Position numbers and translations under genes: made by a program. The notes below the pieces were generated by a model, which worked only from the letters and a program-made list of their open reading frames with translations, ran no database searches and was not told where the DNA came from. From the NCBI RefSeq assembly GCF_001194135.2, contig NC_068995.1:1046906-1110905 (forward strand): a stretch of 64,000 bases of DNA. Reading direction: 5' to 3'. Below are positions 1 to 11,690 of the stretch, piece after piece. The stretch is from Octopus bimaculoides. Its lineage: Eukaryota. Positions within the stretch are counted from its first letter, which is position 1. Each line of letters starts with the position of its first letter.

Positions 1-120
1 ACACACACACACACACTGCTCAGTTGCTGTATATATATATATAAGAGATAGATATATATATATATATACTGTTGTATGTATATATAAATTAATATATATG
101 TATATAGATATACATATACA

Positions 121-158
121 GAAGCGGCTTTCTTCTTAAGTTATTTATTTATTTTGAG
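121..158 (+). other. Candidate non-coding 5' exon of the CNPY2-like gene (start uncertain)
   Basis: Strong donor GAG|GTAAGT at 159, and an acceptor (ttaattgtag) ending at 1385 immediately before the ATG. Pairing the two is inference. Confidence 0.4.
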
Positions 159-1050
159 GTAAGTATTAAATATCGCTTATAAATTAATACAGTTGTCATC
201 CACCTTTCAATATTTATATATGTGTATATATATAAATATAAATATTTATAAATATATGTAGATGTGTGTGTGTGTGTGTATTTCATGTTTATCATTCTCT
301 GCAATCTAAATGTATAATTATTTATTTCTGTTGACACTTTTCGGTGTCGGGTTTCGTCGCTTCTCTGTCAGTTTCACAATCTGAATGAAATCTATATAAA
401 TGTGTGTGTTTAAAATTGTTTAACCCCAAAACAAGGCAAGTTAAAAAGGAGATTTCAATATCTTATATATAGATAGATATGTGTGTATGTGTGAGACTCA
501 TGAAAAAAATATATGTACGACAGTTGGATGGATGAGACAGGTAGATATAGGTGAGTTGCTGGACAGATAGATGGACGGGCTGGCTAATTGAGAAGCAGAT
601 ATAGTTAGATAGACGTTTTATTAAACTAGGAAACAGATACATCAGCGGACAGACAGACAGATGTGAGACGCACGGCTTGATTAGATAGATTGGTAGATAG
701 ATAAAAAAAAAAGACGAATGTCAAACTCGGCAGAGAGAGACGATCCAAACACCAGCAAGCTCACCTTAACATCTTAACAAAGGAAGCATGCATCAGATTA
801 ATGTAGTCCAAGATACATTAGGTCAGATGCAAGTAAGATAGGATAGTCTTGTCTCATTTGGTTATAGAGTTAATAGATAAAGACTGAGTTTAAACAAGTG
901 ACAAAGTCGGAGATATTGTCTTTCTGACAGGTTAGAAGGATCGAATCTTGACAGAGTCAGTCTTGTATTTTATTCCAATGTCATTCATTTCGTCATCATC
1001 ACCATTATTGAAATCCACTTTTCCATGCTGATTTTAACGTTTGACAATAT

Positions 1051-1185
1051 CTAAGTCTCAGTTCTTGTAGGCAGCATTTTGGGTGTTATGCCAAGTGCAC
1101 CAATTATCAAAGGAATAATTTTCACATGTCTCTTCCACAGTTTCTCCATTTCTCTATCTCGTTCCTCGTTTTCAACATCATTTAA
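1051..1185 (-). mobile_element. C-terminal remnant of a non-LTR retrotransposon with restriction-like endonuclease (R4/NeSL-like)
   Basis: Reads EMEKLWKRHVKIIPLIIGALGITPKML, resembling the E(I/M)xxLW...(V/I)P(V/L)IIGALG end motif of RLE LINEs. Confidence 0.6.
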
Positions 1186-1385
1186 CGTCCGTGTTCCTTG
1201 CTGGCATGGGTTGGATGGTTTGACAGGAACCATTTGTGTCCAAGAATTACATTGAGTTCCAAGAGGTAAACTAGCAGAATCATTAGCACATTGGCCAAAA
1301 TGCTTAGTGTTGTTTCTTCCAGGTCTTTCCTCTCTGGGTTCAAACCCTGCCAATGCCTTGTAATAAAATCTTAATTTAATTGTAG

Positions 1386-1503
1386 ATGCAGTGTTCACCA
1401 TCAAGGCTGCTGTGGCCAGTGTCCATATTCTTGTCTCTGCTACTACTTCTACTTCTCTCAGCGGTTGAGGCAAAGTCCAACATTGAAGAAATGAAGTGTG
1501 CAG
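1386..1503 (+). CDS. CNPY2: Canopy homolog (CNPY2-like), coding exon 1 with signal peptide
   Basis: Reads MQCSPSRLLWPVSIFLSLLLLLLLSAVEAKSNIEEMKCA (hydrophobic leader, first saposin Cys). Donor G|GTAAGA, phase 1, joins the next exon in frame. Confidence 0.9.
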
Positions 1504-1930
1504 GTAAGAGAACTTTAATGCATTGCAGTTTCAATCCCAGTTAAGGTTAATTCATTAAGAAAATATCATAAAATGTTTGCTTTCCAATCATGTGATCTTA
1601 GGTTCAAACCTGACCAAAGTCTTGTGAATGGCTTTGGTAAACAGAACCTGAAAGAACCCTATGGAATGTGTGTGTGTGTGTGTGTGTGTCACCACCAATT
1701 CTTAACAACTAGTATTGGTTTGTTTTTGTCCCCAACACTCAGCAGTTTAATAAAAGAACCAATCAATGAGTATTGGTGTTGATCCATTAAAACCCTTCAT
1801 GTTTGTGCTCCAGCATGGCCTCAGTACACTGGAACAAGTAAAAAATATTATGAGATAAGATCTCAGCAATGGCTTTTTTCTGCTTCATTTCCTCCTCCCC
1901 CCCTTTTCTTTCCCTCTTCTTTTTCTATTC

Positions 1931-2296
1931 TTTTCTTTTACTTGTTTCAGTCATTTGACTGCAGCCATGCTGGAGCACCACCTTTAGTCAAGCAAATCAA
2001 CCCCAGGACTTATTCTTTGTAAGCCTAGTACTTATTCTATTGGTCTCTTTTGCCAAACAGCTAAGTTACGGGGACATAAACACACCAGCTTCTTTGTTGA
2101 GCAATGTTGGGGGACAAACAAAGACACACAAACATATATACACAATACATATATACAACAGGCTTCTTTCAGTTTCCATCTACCAAATCCTCGGTCCGAG
2201 GCAATAGTAGAAGACACTTGCCCAAGGTGCCACGCAGTGGGACTGAACCCAGAACTATGTGGCTGGTAAGCAAGCTACTTACCACACAGCCACTTC
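1931..2296 (-). mobile_element. tRNA-headed SINE, family A (most abundant family here), near full length, in CNPY2 intron 1
   Basis: Head gtggctgtgtggtaagtagcttgcttacc with B-box-like ggttcagtccc; tail ggtgctccagcatggctgcagtcaaatgactgaaacaagtaaaag. Similar copies occur throughout the window. Confidence 0.85.
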
Positions 2297-2417
2297 TAGT
2301 ATAAAGTAACTTCATACGTATGTCTGTACAGAGCAGACATGATATTTAGTGTCATCAGATTTGCTCGATTGATTTCCGTCTTTATTATTCTTGTTCTTTT
2401 CCCTTCTTTCGTTCCAG

Positions 2418-2533
2418 TTTGCCGAGTTCTTGTAGGAGAAACAAATTATAGAATAAATCTTGTAGACCCAAAGAAAAAAGTTCAAGTTGGAAGTTTTCGT
2501 GTCGACCCAGACGGTAATCAAAATACACATGAG
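2418..2533 (+). CDS. CNPY2: CNPY2-like coding exon 2
   Basis: Acceptor ttccag, donor GAG|GTAAGG. Reads VCRVLVGETNYRINLVDPKKKVQVGSFRVDPDGNQNTHE, matching the recalled CNPY2 motif VDPKKTIQMGSFRINPDGSQ. Confidence 0.95.
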
Positions 2534-3262
2534 GTAAGGACACCTGCTGGGAATCAGGGGTCAGTTGATGGGGCAGAAAGATCAGGGAATAGAGAATGTG
2601 TTGCTACTCTTGTTGTTGTTGTTGTGAATTGTTTTCTGACGTAGGATTAGATCTATTCTAGTAATTGTACGACCTCCTTGACCTTTGGTCATTCCTGTTG
2701 CAAGCATTTGGATCGGGTCTCCAATCTGTGAGTAACTTCCTCCCTTCCTTACAGTGGTTTCAAAGACCCTGAAAAGGGTCATGCCTGCTGCTCTCCCTCT
2801 CCTCGCCAAGCACATAAAATAATATTCAATAATGATCCTTTCTACTCTGGGCACGAGGCTTGTCTGGTGCTTAGTGACTCCAAAAGGGATCAAAGGCAAA
2901 GTCAGTCTCGTTGGGATTTGAACTCAGAACTTAAAGCTGGAAAAATGTCACTAACCATTTTCTCCAGTGTGCTAACGATTCTGCCAGCTTACAAATATAA
3001 AACAAAGAGGACAAACAGACAGACATCTATCTATAAAGATGCTTGACTGGTCAGAAAGAAGCGTGTGGGGAAGGAGTACAGAGTATAAACTTTTGTCAGA
3101 CAGGGAGTGCTGTGGATGGAGTTATTTAGAGAAGGTCTACTAGATATTGATGATCAGGAGTACACGGTCAGGAGTTAACTCTTCATTTAATTTGTTTGTT
3201 TAATAAACAATGGTACCATGCAATATTCTAATTTCACTGGCTTTTTTTATTATATTTTCCAG

Positions 3263-3457
3263 GTTCCATATGGAAGATCCGAGCTTCATTTAGTAGAGAT
3301 TATGGAAAATTTGTGTGAGTCTACGAAACATTATGCTGAGACTACAAACAAACTGGGGAAGAAGACCTTAATTCGGACGATGACATACACTGGTGAAGCT
3401 GTGTCACTCGATGACTTCAAAGTAAATTCTGAACTCTCAGAGAAACTAAAATATATG
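3263..3457 (+). CDS. CNPY2: CNPY2-like coding exon 3
   Basis: Acceptor ttttccag, donor ATG|GTAAGA, 195 nt, phase 0/0. Reads VPYGRSELHLVEIMENLC...KLKYM (cf. CNPY2 VPYARSEAHL...ICD). Confidence 0.95.
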
Positions 3458-4873
3458 GTAAGAGATGCCATCATTGTCTTGATTTTACCAAAACCTATTA
3501 TTGCTTTGGTTGTTTGGTTTGCAGTGCCATGGATCTGAGTTTCTTATACAAGGGTTTTGCAAACCAAATGGTTTGGGACCCGGTCCCACTATGTGGCACC
3601 CTGTTGAGTGTTTTTGACTGTAAGCCAGGGCTATGGCTATATGATTAAGAAGTTCGCTTCTCAACCATGTTGTTTCAAGTTCAATCCCATTGCGTGGCTT
3701 GTTGGGCCAGGGTCTTCTATTTCAGCCCCCAAGCAGAAACTGAAGAAGCATGTTTTACATATGTTGGATTGAATTGCCTGAGTTCAGTCCACTCTGCAGG
3801 ACGAAGGCCTCCTCATATTCTCTCCACCCAGCCACAGTCTGATGTGGAGGTCGTGAGTGGACTTGAGATCATACTACTTTGATCAGCCCACCCTGCTATA
3901 CTGGCTTAGCAGAAGGGTACAGTTTTTTAAACGCTTACCCAGCAGTAATTAAGTCAATTACATCGACCTCAGTGCATAACTGGTACTTTTTTTATCGCCC
4001 CTTAAATGATGAAAAGTTAAGTCGGCCTCGGTGGAATTGAACTCAAAACGTATAGACGGACAAAAAAAGCGTTAACTATTCCACCTGTCGTGCTCACGAT
4101 TCTGCCAGCACGTGTGCCAGATAGAGCAAAGTTATCTCCCTTATATCTTTTCTTTCCTCTTCTCTGATTATGTTCTGTAGTAAAGAGCTATGTTCCTTTA
4201 TGTTTTATGTTCTAATCTCGTTTAAATCACCTTTGGCATCTCATAAAATGACGGATCCTTACCTGAACCCTTTAGTTCTGTGATGGTTGAGTGTGGATAA
4301 GGCTACCCTAGAGTGTGTCATCTGCAGTGTAGAGGCAAGGGCAAGTTTGTATGGAAGACCAGTTGTTGTTGTTCTTGCTGCTGCTCTTTCTGTAAATCTT
4401 TTTTTCTTTCTTTTTGCTGATACAAATTAGCTCCGATGTCACATTGTACCATTCACACTCAGGTTCTGTCATTTTGCCATTCAACCATTTGTTATATTAG
4501 CAGAGAACAATCCAATCAGGCCATTGCATATCTAATGAAGAAAACTGTGTGAAGCCCTTTCAACGGACTAGTTTTGTCGCAGATTGTATCTTGCTGATTC
4601 AGCTTAAAAGTTATATTAAAGTATACTTGAGTGCATGGAATACTCAGCCACAATCTCATCTCCAAACCACGTAATTTAATTAATTGCACATTCACTTAAT
4701 TAAACAACTATATAGTCATTACCAAAACTAATTGAGGATCTGACTCCTCACCAAATTAACACAATGGCACCATACCAGTTGTCCCCTACCATTGTACCAG
4801 TGGTCATCTTAATACAATACCGTTCCACACCACAACACCCCTGTTAACCTGACCTTTTCTTTTTTTTTTCCAG

Positions 4874-4973
4874 TGTGACAACATCCTGGAGGAATATGAA
4901 GAGAAAATGATTGAATTATTCCGAAGACTTGACATCAAAGACCATGGCACCAGGTTGTGTCGGGATGTGATGC
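4874..4973 (+). CDS. CNPY2: CNPY2-like coding exon 4
   Basis: Poly-T acceptor and donor C|GTAAGT. Reads CDNILEEYEEKMIELFRRLDIKDHGTRLCRDVM (cf. CESIVEEYEDELIEFF). Confidence 0.93.
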
Positions 4974-5490
4974 GTAAGTACAACATCCTTCTTCAACTCA
5001 GCCTCCTCCTCCTCCTCTTCCAGTCCCCTCCCCTTCCTCTTCCCTTTACTTAGCTCAAACTAAACCAAAACCCAGTGTCTTTAAATGTGACCCCTTTCAC
5101 TGCTGTATGTTTATATGGATAGATGCAAAACGAGAGAAAGCAAAGAGTGGAGACCTTCAGACGATGAATATTTCATTCTAAACATAGACATTTATATTAA
5201 CAGGTCCAACTTACACAAAGTACAAATGATAGAGAAAATGAAAAGGGAGGAAGTAAAGTGTTTTGAGTCCAACAGCTGTTTCTGGGGGCTCAGATCCATC
5301 ATAATATTGGTAGATGTAGTCCATTACAATATGCAGGCCAAAACGGAAGCAATCAACGTTGGATAAATTAAGCCTATCAACCTCCTACTCTGTCTCTATA
5401 TATTTCTATATCATCTCTCCCTCTCTCTCTCTCTCTCTCTATGTATCTGTTTGTTCTTTGCATCTCATACTTTCTTCTTCCTCACTACAG

Positions 5491-5684
5491 GTGTGTGCAC
5501 ATCTGATGACATGGAGGTTGAAATGCCAAAAGCCCCGCTCAAGAAAGATGTGGTAGAGGCGGCAGAAGCCAAGAGAAAAGCCAGCAGTGAGGAATCGGAT
5601 GAAGATGATAAAAGTGATGAGGAAACTGACGACGACGATGACGATGATGATGACAAAGACAAGAAGAAAAATGAAGAATTATAA
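5491..5684 (+). CDS. CNPY2: CNPY2-like terminal coding exon: acidic tail and ER-retention-like NEEL
   Basis: Acceptor ctacag. Phase-1 join gives R-V-C-T..., then an Asp/Glu-rich tract ending KKKNEEL*. Joined CDS is 723 nt (240 aa) with six saposin-type Cys. Confidence 0.92.
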
Positions 5685-5969
5685 AAAAGGGGAACGGAGG
5701 GGAGGGGGTTAGATTATTTTTATTTGGGTTTTGTTTTCACTGTAACACTCACTCCTCTCCCACCTCCTCCATCATCACCAACAAGTCTCATTATCATTAC
5801 TGTTTCTTGTTATTATTGTAATTAACTCTCTCACTACCCTCTCATCCTCCTCCTCCTCCTCCCTACCTCTTAATAATCTTTTATTTACTGCTGACATTAA
5901 TTAGCTCCAACGGAAAAAAAAAGCATAGAAATTTTTACTCACACACACACACACACACACATATATGTA

Positions 5970-6002
<33 letters not shown>

Positions 6003-6012
6003 NNNNNNNNNN

Positions 6013-6057
<45 letters not shown>

Positions 6058-6680
6058 CATACATACATAAATGTGTATATGCATACATGCATGTGTGTGT
6101 ATATATATAAAATAGGCCCTCCTGTCTCTCTCAACATATGAGTGTCCACTTGATTGACCATTTGGACTTTCTGGTCATTGAATTTGCATGTAAACTGGCT
6201 GTGTATTCCAGGCACATATATCCTTAACATAATTCTCAAGTGTGTCAAATGTACAGTCCATCCAGTAAGCTGCCACACAGTTTCCGCCTGCCCAAGTTCG
6301 TTTACAAGGTTATGGTCAAGCTACCTCCATCCATGGAGACTGATATATCTATGTATGTATGTTTATATTACATGCATTGCTTGAAACTTTTGGCCTTTCA
6401 ATGACTAGCTTTACAGGCAGAAATGTGTTGTGTACAGACATCCATACATACATGCATACACACACCTCATTAGTCTGCTTTTTAAATTACACATCAACAT
6501 CATCATCATCATCATAGTAATCATCATTATTATTGTTGTTGTTGTTGTTGCCATTTTTTAATTGACAATGTTGGGCCCAGCAGTATGTACAATACCTTGT
6601 AGTATTTCAATTCATATCCCTTTTTATGTTCTCTGTTCAAATCCTATTCCAGGATTAACAAACTTGAACTGATACAATTA

Positions 6681-7023
6681 CTCTTTTACTCGTTTCATTC
6701 ATTTGACTGCGGCCATGCTGGAGCACCGCCTTTAGTCAAGCAAATCAACCCCAGGACTTATTCTTTGGATGCATAGTACTTATTCTATCGGTCTCTTTTG
6801 CCGAACTGATAAGTTACGGGGACATAAACACACCAGCATTGGTTCTCAAGCGATGTTGAGGGGACAAACTCAGACACACAAACACATACATATATACAAC
6901 GGGCTTCTTCCAGTTTCCGTCTAACAAATCCACTCACAAGGCTTTGGTCGGCCTGAGGCTACAGTAGAAGACACTTGCCCAAGGTACCACTCAGTGGGAA
7001 TGAGCCCGGAACCATGTGGTTGG
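6681..7023 (-). mobile_element. SINE family A copy
   Basis: Colinear with the 1931-2296 and 15210-15596 copies. Confidence 0.85.
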
Positions 7024-7237
7024 TGTGTCCTTCTTAAAAATCATTATCATCAAGAAGGTGACTTAACCTGCAGAATCGTTACTGCACCAGATAAAATGCT
7101 TCACAGCATTTCTTCTCTGTCTTTGAGTTCAAATCCTGCCAAGGTCAATTTTACCTTTTCAAATCAACTAAGCACTGAGATCAATATAGAAGAAAGAATA
7201 ATAGTAATAATAAATTATTATTTTTTTTAATTCTTAG

Positions 7238-7350
7238 CCATAAGGCGTTGAGCTGGCAGAATCATTAGTATTTTGTCTGCCGCTACATTCTGAGTTCAAA
7301 TTCCACCGAGGTCAGCTTTGCCTTTCATTCTTCTGGAGCCAGTGAAATAA
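7238..7350 (+). mobile_element. SINE family B copy (partial)
   Basis: aaggcgttgagctggcagaatcattag...gagttcaaattccaccgaggtcagctttgcctttcattc. Other copies lie near 2895-2990(-), 3925-4090(-), 8180-8530(+), 23940-24410, 28100-28310(+), 31310-31800(+) and 36765-36860(-). Confidence 0.75.
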
Positions 7351-9941
7351 AGAACAAAAGAAATACACGTGGCTTGTGGGGAAAGTCTCTTACCCCACCC
7401 CACCACCCAGCTCCCATCTGTAATCCTTTTCAAGCCTTCCACCTGCTTTACAGATGCTACTGTAAAGCACCCAACTAGATGTCTTACAGATTTCTGCATT
7501 CGGTCCTTCCTTGGTCAGTTGCAGTGTTTTATCTGTCTGCAGTTGATATAAAGATACCAGTAATTATACTGGGAAGGGGAAACATTCTCATCGACTTCAC
7601 ATCCCTCCCTTCCCTCCTATAAATGTTCTGGTTTTATGCCCCACCAAAAAAATATATATTTTAATGTTAAAAGAACCCTAGGGAAATGCATGAACATCAC
7701 AAACTCTCAAAACACTTTCTCTGTGCTGCTGTTGTTGCTGCTGCAGGTTGTTTTAGTTTTGTATTTCCTGACCAAAGGGGTTCCAACCATGATTATCTCC
7801 TGTTAAGAGATAGTTTAGGGATCAAACACTACATCACTATCCAATGTGTTCTTCCATTTTTAATGTGGTAGGGTGTGATATATGAGAGAGATTTGACTGC
7901 TATTTCTTGCAAATACAAGCTCCCTCAGTGGAGGAGGAAGTGAGTTTGTTGTTTATTTTTCCGTTTGGGGTTTTTTATTTGTTTTTTTTTCTTCATGTTG
8001 ATATACTAATTACATAATTAGTAATGTAAAGAAAAAACAATAATAAGGATTTCTCATGAAAAAGAAGTTTAAAAAAGAAATGAGTGTTTTGTGTTGTTGT
8101 TGCATTGTCTTCCATGATGTGGAATCGTTAAAATGTCAACCAAAAGGACTTTCACTATTTAATTTACGATCCATTATGATCTGAGTTCAAATCCTGCCAT
8201 GCACATCCAGGATTACTTTACTTTTCATCCTTCCGGGGGTCAATATAATAGAGTACCAGTCACATACTAGGGTCGATATAATCAACTGCTCTCTTCTCCT
8301 AAAAATTTGAGGCTTTGTGCCCCTGTAAAAAAATTAGTAAGACAATAAGTATATTGAAATAGCAGAATCATTGGAGCATTAGACAAAGTGCCTTGTGGTA
8401 ATTGATCCAGCTATTTACATTCTGAATTCAAAATCCCACCAAGATTAACTTTGCCTTTCATCTTTTGGGGATTAATAAAATACAGCACCAGTTGAGTACT
8501 GAGGTTGTTGTTATCGACTGCCCCCCCCCCTATTGTCTATTTACCTTTGTGAGGAGTTACATTGATCCTTTTAAAATATCATTATTATTATTACCAATAT
8601 TTCTATCAGACAAAATGCAGGTACAAAACCACATTGTAGAGATGTGGTTGTGTGGCAAGTGTTTTGCTCATTGAAACCCTAAAATGATTGCAGCACAGAA
8701 GACAGGAGTTGGCCATTCAGAAACACACAAAGACTACTTTAACTCCACTGAAACATTTATTGTTTGTAATCCTGACTCCAAACTCTGACTTGATCACTGC
8801 TAGACACAGCACAGTTTTTTTTTTTTGTCAGTGTCTGAGGTTGCAGTTTCAAGCAACAGGAATTTTGACATCACTTAAATGTTCAAGTGAAACTGGTGGT
8901 CTTTCGCTTTCTGAATGGTTAAATTGTCTGTGACACAGCAATCGTTTTAAAGTAATTTTCCTTTCTAAATTCTGAGTTCTAATCCTATTAAGGCCAACAG
9001 TCCATGATGCATTTTGGGGCAGGACAATATAATCAGCTTTATTCACCCTTCCTAGTCTTGGCCTTCGTTGTTTAATCCCAGATTATCTCTGATCAAACAG
9101 ATCTATGATCATTTGCATTCCAACCATAACCATCCCAGTGTTTCTTCTTTCAAAAGTGAAGGATGTGTCATCTTTAACTTTTTAAAGACTACAAGCTGCT
9201 ATTTCTAGCAGGGGACCACATAGTTCTGTTCTTGATTGTTTGGGAATCAGTGTTCTTGTCGAACCAGAATTTAAAAAACTCGTACCAATTCTTCAGAATT
9301 AAAACAAATTCTTCATTTTGAAAACAAATCTCACATTTTGTATCATCAATGATCATTGTCCACCTCGGCAAAGGCATGAACCCCACATTTCGTCTCTTAT
9401 GCTATCGCTATCGCTATCTCTTCCCCAATGCCACCACTTCATTGTTTATGAAAGCAGAAGTTGTGGTCGTCATTGTTGTTGTTGCTGTTGTTGACCTAAC
9501 AAAACTGATGTTTATTTATTTGGAGCAAATCCTGCATTTGTCAAAGTGTGTGGTGCCACCATTATTTTTGTCTTTATTGTTGTCTTCACCTCAGCATCAT
9601 CATCTCCGTATCAATTTGATGGAGAAAGTGCAAAAGGAGAGGTGAAAAAAAAAAAGGAAAGAGAATTGGTTTTGGTTATATTGATTATTGAGATGTATTG
9701 ATTCATAGATCAGTTGATTGGGTGGGGGGCTGGGGGATAGAAATAAATATTTTGTTGGGAAGAGGGAAATATTTCAGTTGATGGCTTTGTTAGACCAAAG
9801 AACTACAGAAATATCAATCAGTGGGGATAAATCGATATATATTCAATATAGAAACATTCTTTCTGGTCCTCTGACAAAACAATGAACATGATGATGATGA
9901 TGATGATGATGGTGGTGGTGACTATTCAAATTTGCTGATCA

Positions 9942-10721
9942 TCACTCGTACTCAATACAGTTATCAATAAATGGAGTGATATACTGTGAATGATGAATGC
10001 CAAAAGTGAAAGCAGGTGCTTTCTTCTTTCTGCTATCCCAGACAATTTCATTTCTGTGAGCTCCTGGTCCTGGTTTATTGGTGTTATCTATGGGAAGATT
10101 GGTCCATGGTCGCATGGTGAATCCAGGGGATTTCTTGTTGACGATGTCAAGATTGGCTGCTTTGTAAGCGGCAGGGCCAGGCGTCTCTGAGAAGTCTTCA
10201 TAAGGGTGGCCAAAAATAAACTTAGCTCGCATGGAATAGATTGGTGCTTGTGTTTTGCTGGCGTCGACAGTATGCGTCAATACTGGGGGTAAGGTATATG
10301 CGTTAGGTGCTGGCGTATCATCAGGAACACGTCGAAATGAAGATTTTCCAAAGATGCACCTTGGTTGGCTGGGGTACACGGCACCTGACAGTGTACACTT
10401 TATCACATCGTAGTCACCGGGTGCTGGAGTTTTGTCTACGTTGTGTTCTTCTCTTCGGCTTTTAATTGAGTACTTTGGGGTACTTTTCAGGCCATCACGG
10501 TATACACTTGGATTGTCTAACAAATAACAAGGGCCGGGGGTATCTGTGATCAGTCGTTGCTGTGTTCTTAAACCAATATAATAAGCAGGTCTCTTTGGAA
10601 AGAGACTGTTTTTGTCATGGCCCTTGTCCCCCAGCAAAGGGTTCATTTTATAATAAGGACCCGGATTTGTGTAACTTGCATACACGGGTCTCCGCGGTTT
10701 AGTCGGAATAAACATAGTCAT
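9942..10721 (-). CDS. ODF3: Outer dense fiber protein 3 / CIMAP1-like (sperm-tail PG-rich repeat protein), single-exon CDS, 259 aa
   Basis: Uninterrupted ORF with six STPGR-type repeats (NPGPYY, TPGPCY, TPAPGDY, TPAPNAY, TPGPAAY, KPGPGAH). C-terminus APAFTFGIHHSQYITP matches recalled ODF3 APVVTFGIKHSDYMTP. Confidence 0.92.
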   Translation of the reverse strand: MTMFIPTKPRRPVYASYTNPGPYYKMNPLLGDKGHDKNSLFPKRPAYYIGLRTQQRLITDTPGPCYLLDNPSVYRDGLKSTPKYSIKSRREEHNVDKTPAPGDYDVIKCTLSGAVYPSQPRCIFGKSSFRRVPDDTPAPNAYTLPPVLTHTVDASKTQAPIYSMRAKFIFGHPYEDFSETPGPAAYKAANLDIVNKKSPGFTMRPWTNLPIDNTNKPGPGAHRNEIVWDSRKKKAPAFTFGIHHSQYITPFIDNCIEYE

Positions 10722-10835
10722 GATGAAGTTTTACTCACTTGATACTGGGTCAGGGGAAAAAAATGGATATCCTCAATTCAAGCAATTTGTAGAGGCATGG
10801 GGGGTCGTGGGGGCATGTTGTACAAGCAGTGGGTC
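10722..10835 (-). other. 5' UTR part of the ODF3-like coding exon, containing a 12-codon uORF (10816-10778)
   Basis: Minus-strand acceptor ttttcttctctttgcag|GACCC (AG at 10837-10836). The uORF reads MPPRPPMPLQIA*. Confidence 0.6.
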
Positions 10836-10920
10836 CTGCAAAGAGAAGAAAATTTATGAGAACATGAAGTAAATAAATGAATAAAAGTTCTCTCCAACAC
10901 ACACAGACACAAACCAATGA

Positions 10921-11112
10921 GGGAACCTCTACGTGGTCTTTTAACTTGCTAGAACTAACAGCTAAACCACCCTCCAGCCATATCCTAGGGTCTTTATAAA
11001 CATTACATATGATACTGTAATTCCAGAGACACTCTTTGACAAAACTAAAATGCTCTATTTCTGATCATGGTCCTACTTAAAGTAGCTTTGCCTAGGGTTC
11101 AACAACAACAAC
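10921..11112 (+). mobile_element. Short interspersed repeat, family E, with (CAA)n tail
   Basis: Ends ...cctagggttcaacaacaacaac. Related fragments occur near 9065-9230(-), 25390-25460(-), 45480-45545(-), 46880-46990(-) and 56240-56330(-). Confidence 0.55.
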
Positions 11113-11269
11113 ACATACAATCAAGGTTCATTAAAAATATAATGAATGACAGTAAATGATTTCAATTAACTCCTTTATCAACAAATATTTGATACAAGAT
11201 GGCGATTTTGAATTTAGAAAACAAATTTGAATGATGCAAGTTTCATTTCCATATATTTATGTATGTGTA

Positions 11270-11319
<50 letters not shown>

Positions 11320-11397
11320 TATTGAAATGAAATTTCAAGCTCTGTTTTATATANNNNNNNNNNGATATACTTATATTTTTTTATAAAACTATACATA

Positions 11398-11690
11398 TGT
11401 TTCAGCCCCAAGGCTGTGGTCATGCTGGAGCACCGCCAGTGTAATCACCTTTTCAATGGCCAATATCATGTGAAGAAGGGAGTTCAACACTGCTGCCATC
11501 TTTTGAGTTTCCTGCCTTGATATAAGGTCATCTGCGACCTTGGATAGCAGGAGGTGAAGCTGTTTCTTAAAAACATCTACCCCCTACTCCATGAAGGTCC
11601 CTCAGATGTTTTGGCAAGGCGTTAAATAGCTGTGGGCCCTTGAATACCGAACTATTGTAGTACATGGTCCTCACCTCTAAATAGAACAGC
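11398..11690 (-). mobile_element. 3' end of a CR1/L2-group LINE whose tail matches SINE family A
   Basis: Reads FKGPQLFNALPKHLRDLHGVG / frameshift / VDVFKKQLHLLLSKVADD...AAVLNSLL, then ggcggtgctccagcatgaccacagcc...gctgaaaca. Confidence 0.75.

Noticed and set aside
1051-1473. 140-aa minus-strand ORF
   Set aside because: Chimeric: antisense of CNPY2 exon 1 plus SINE and RTE-tail fragments plus an RLE-LINE remnant; not a gene.
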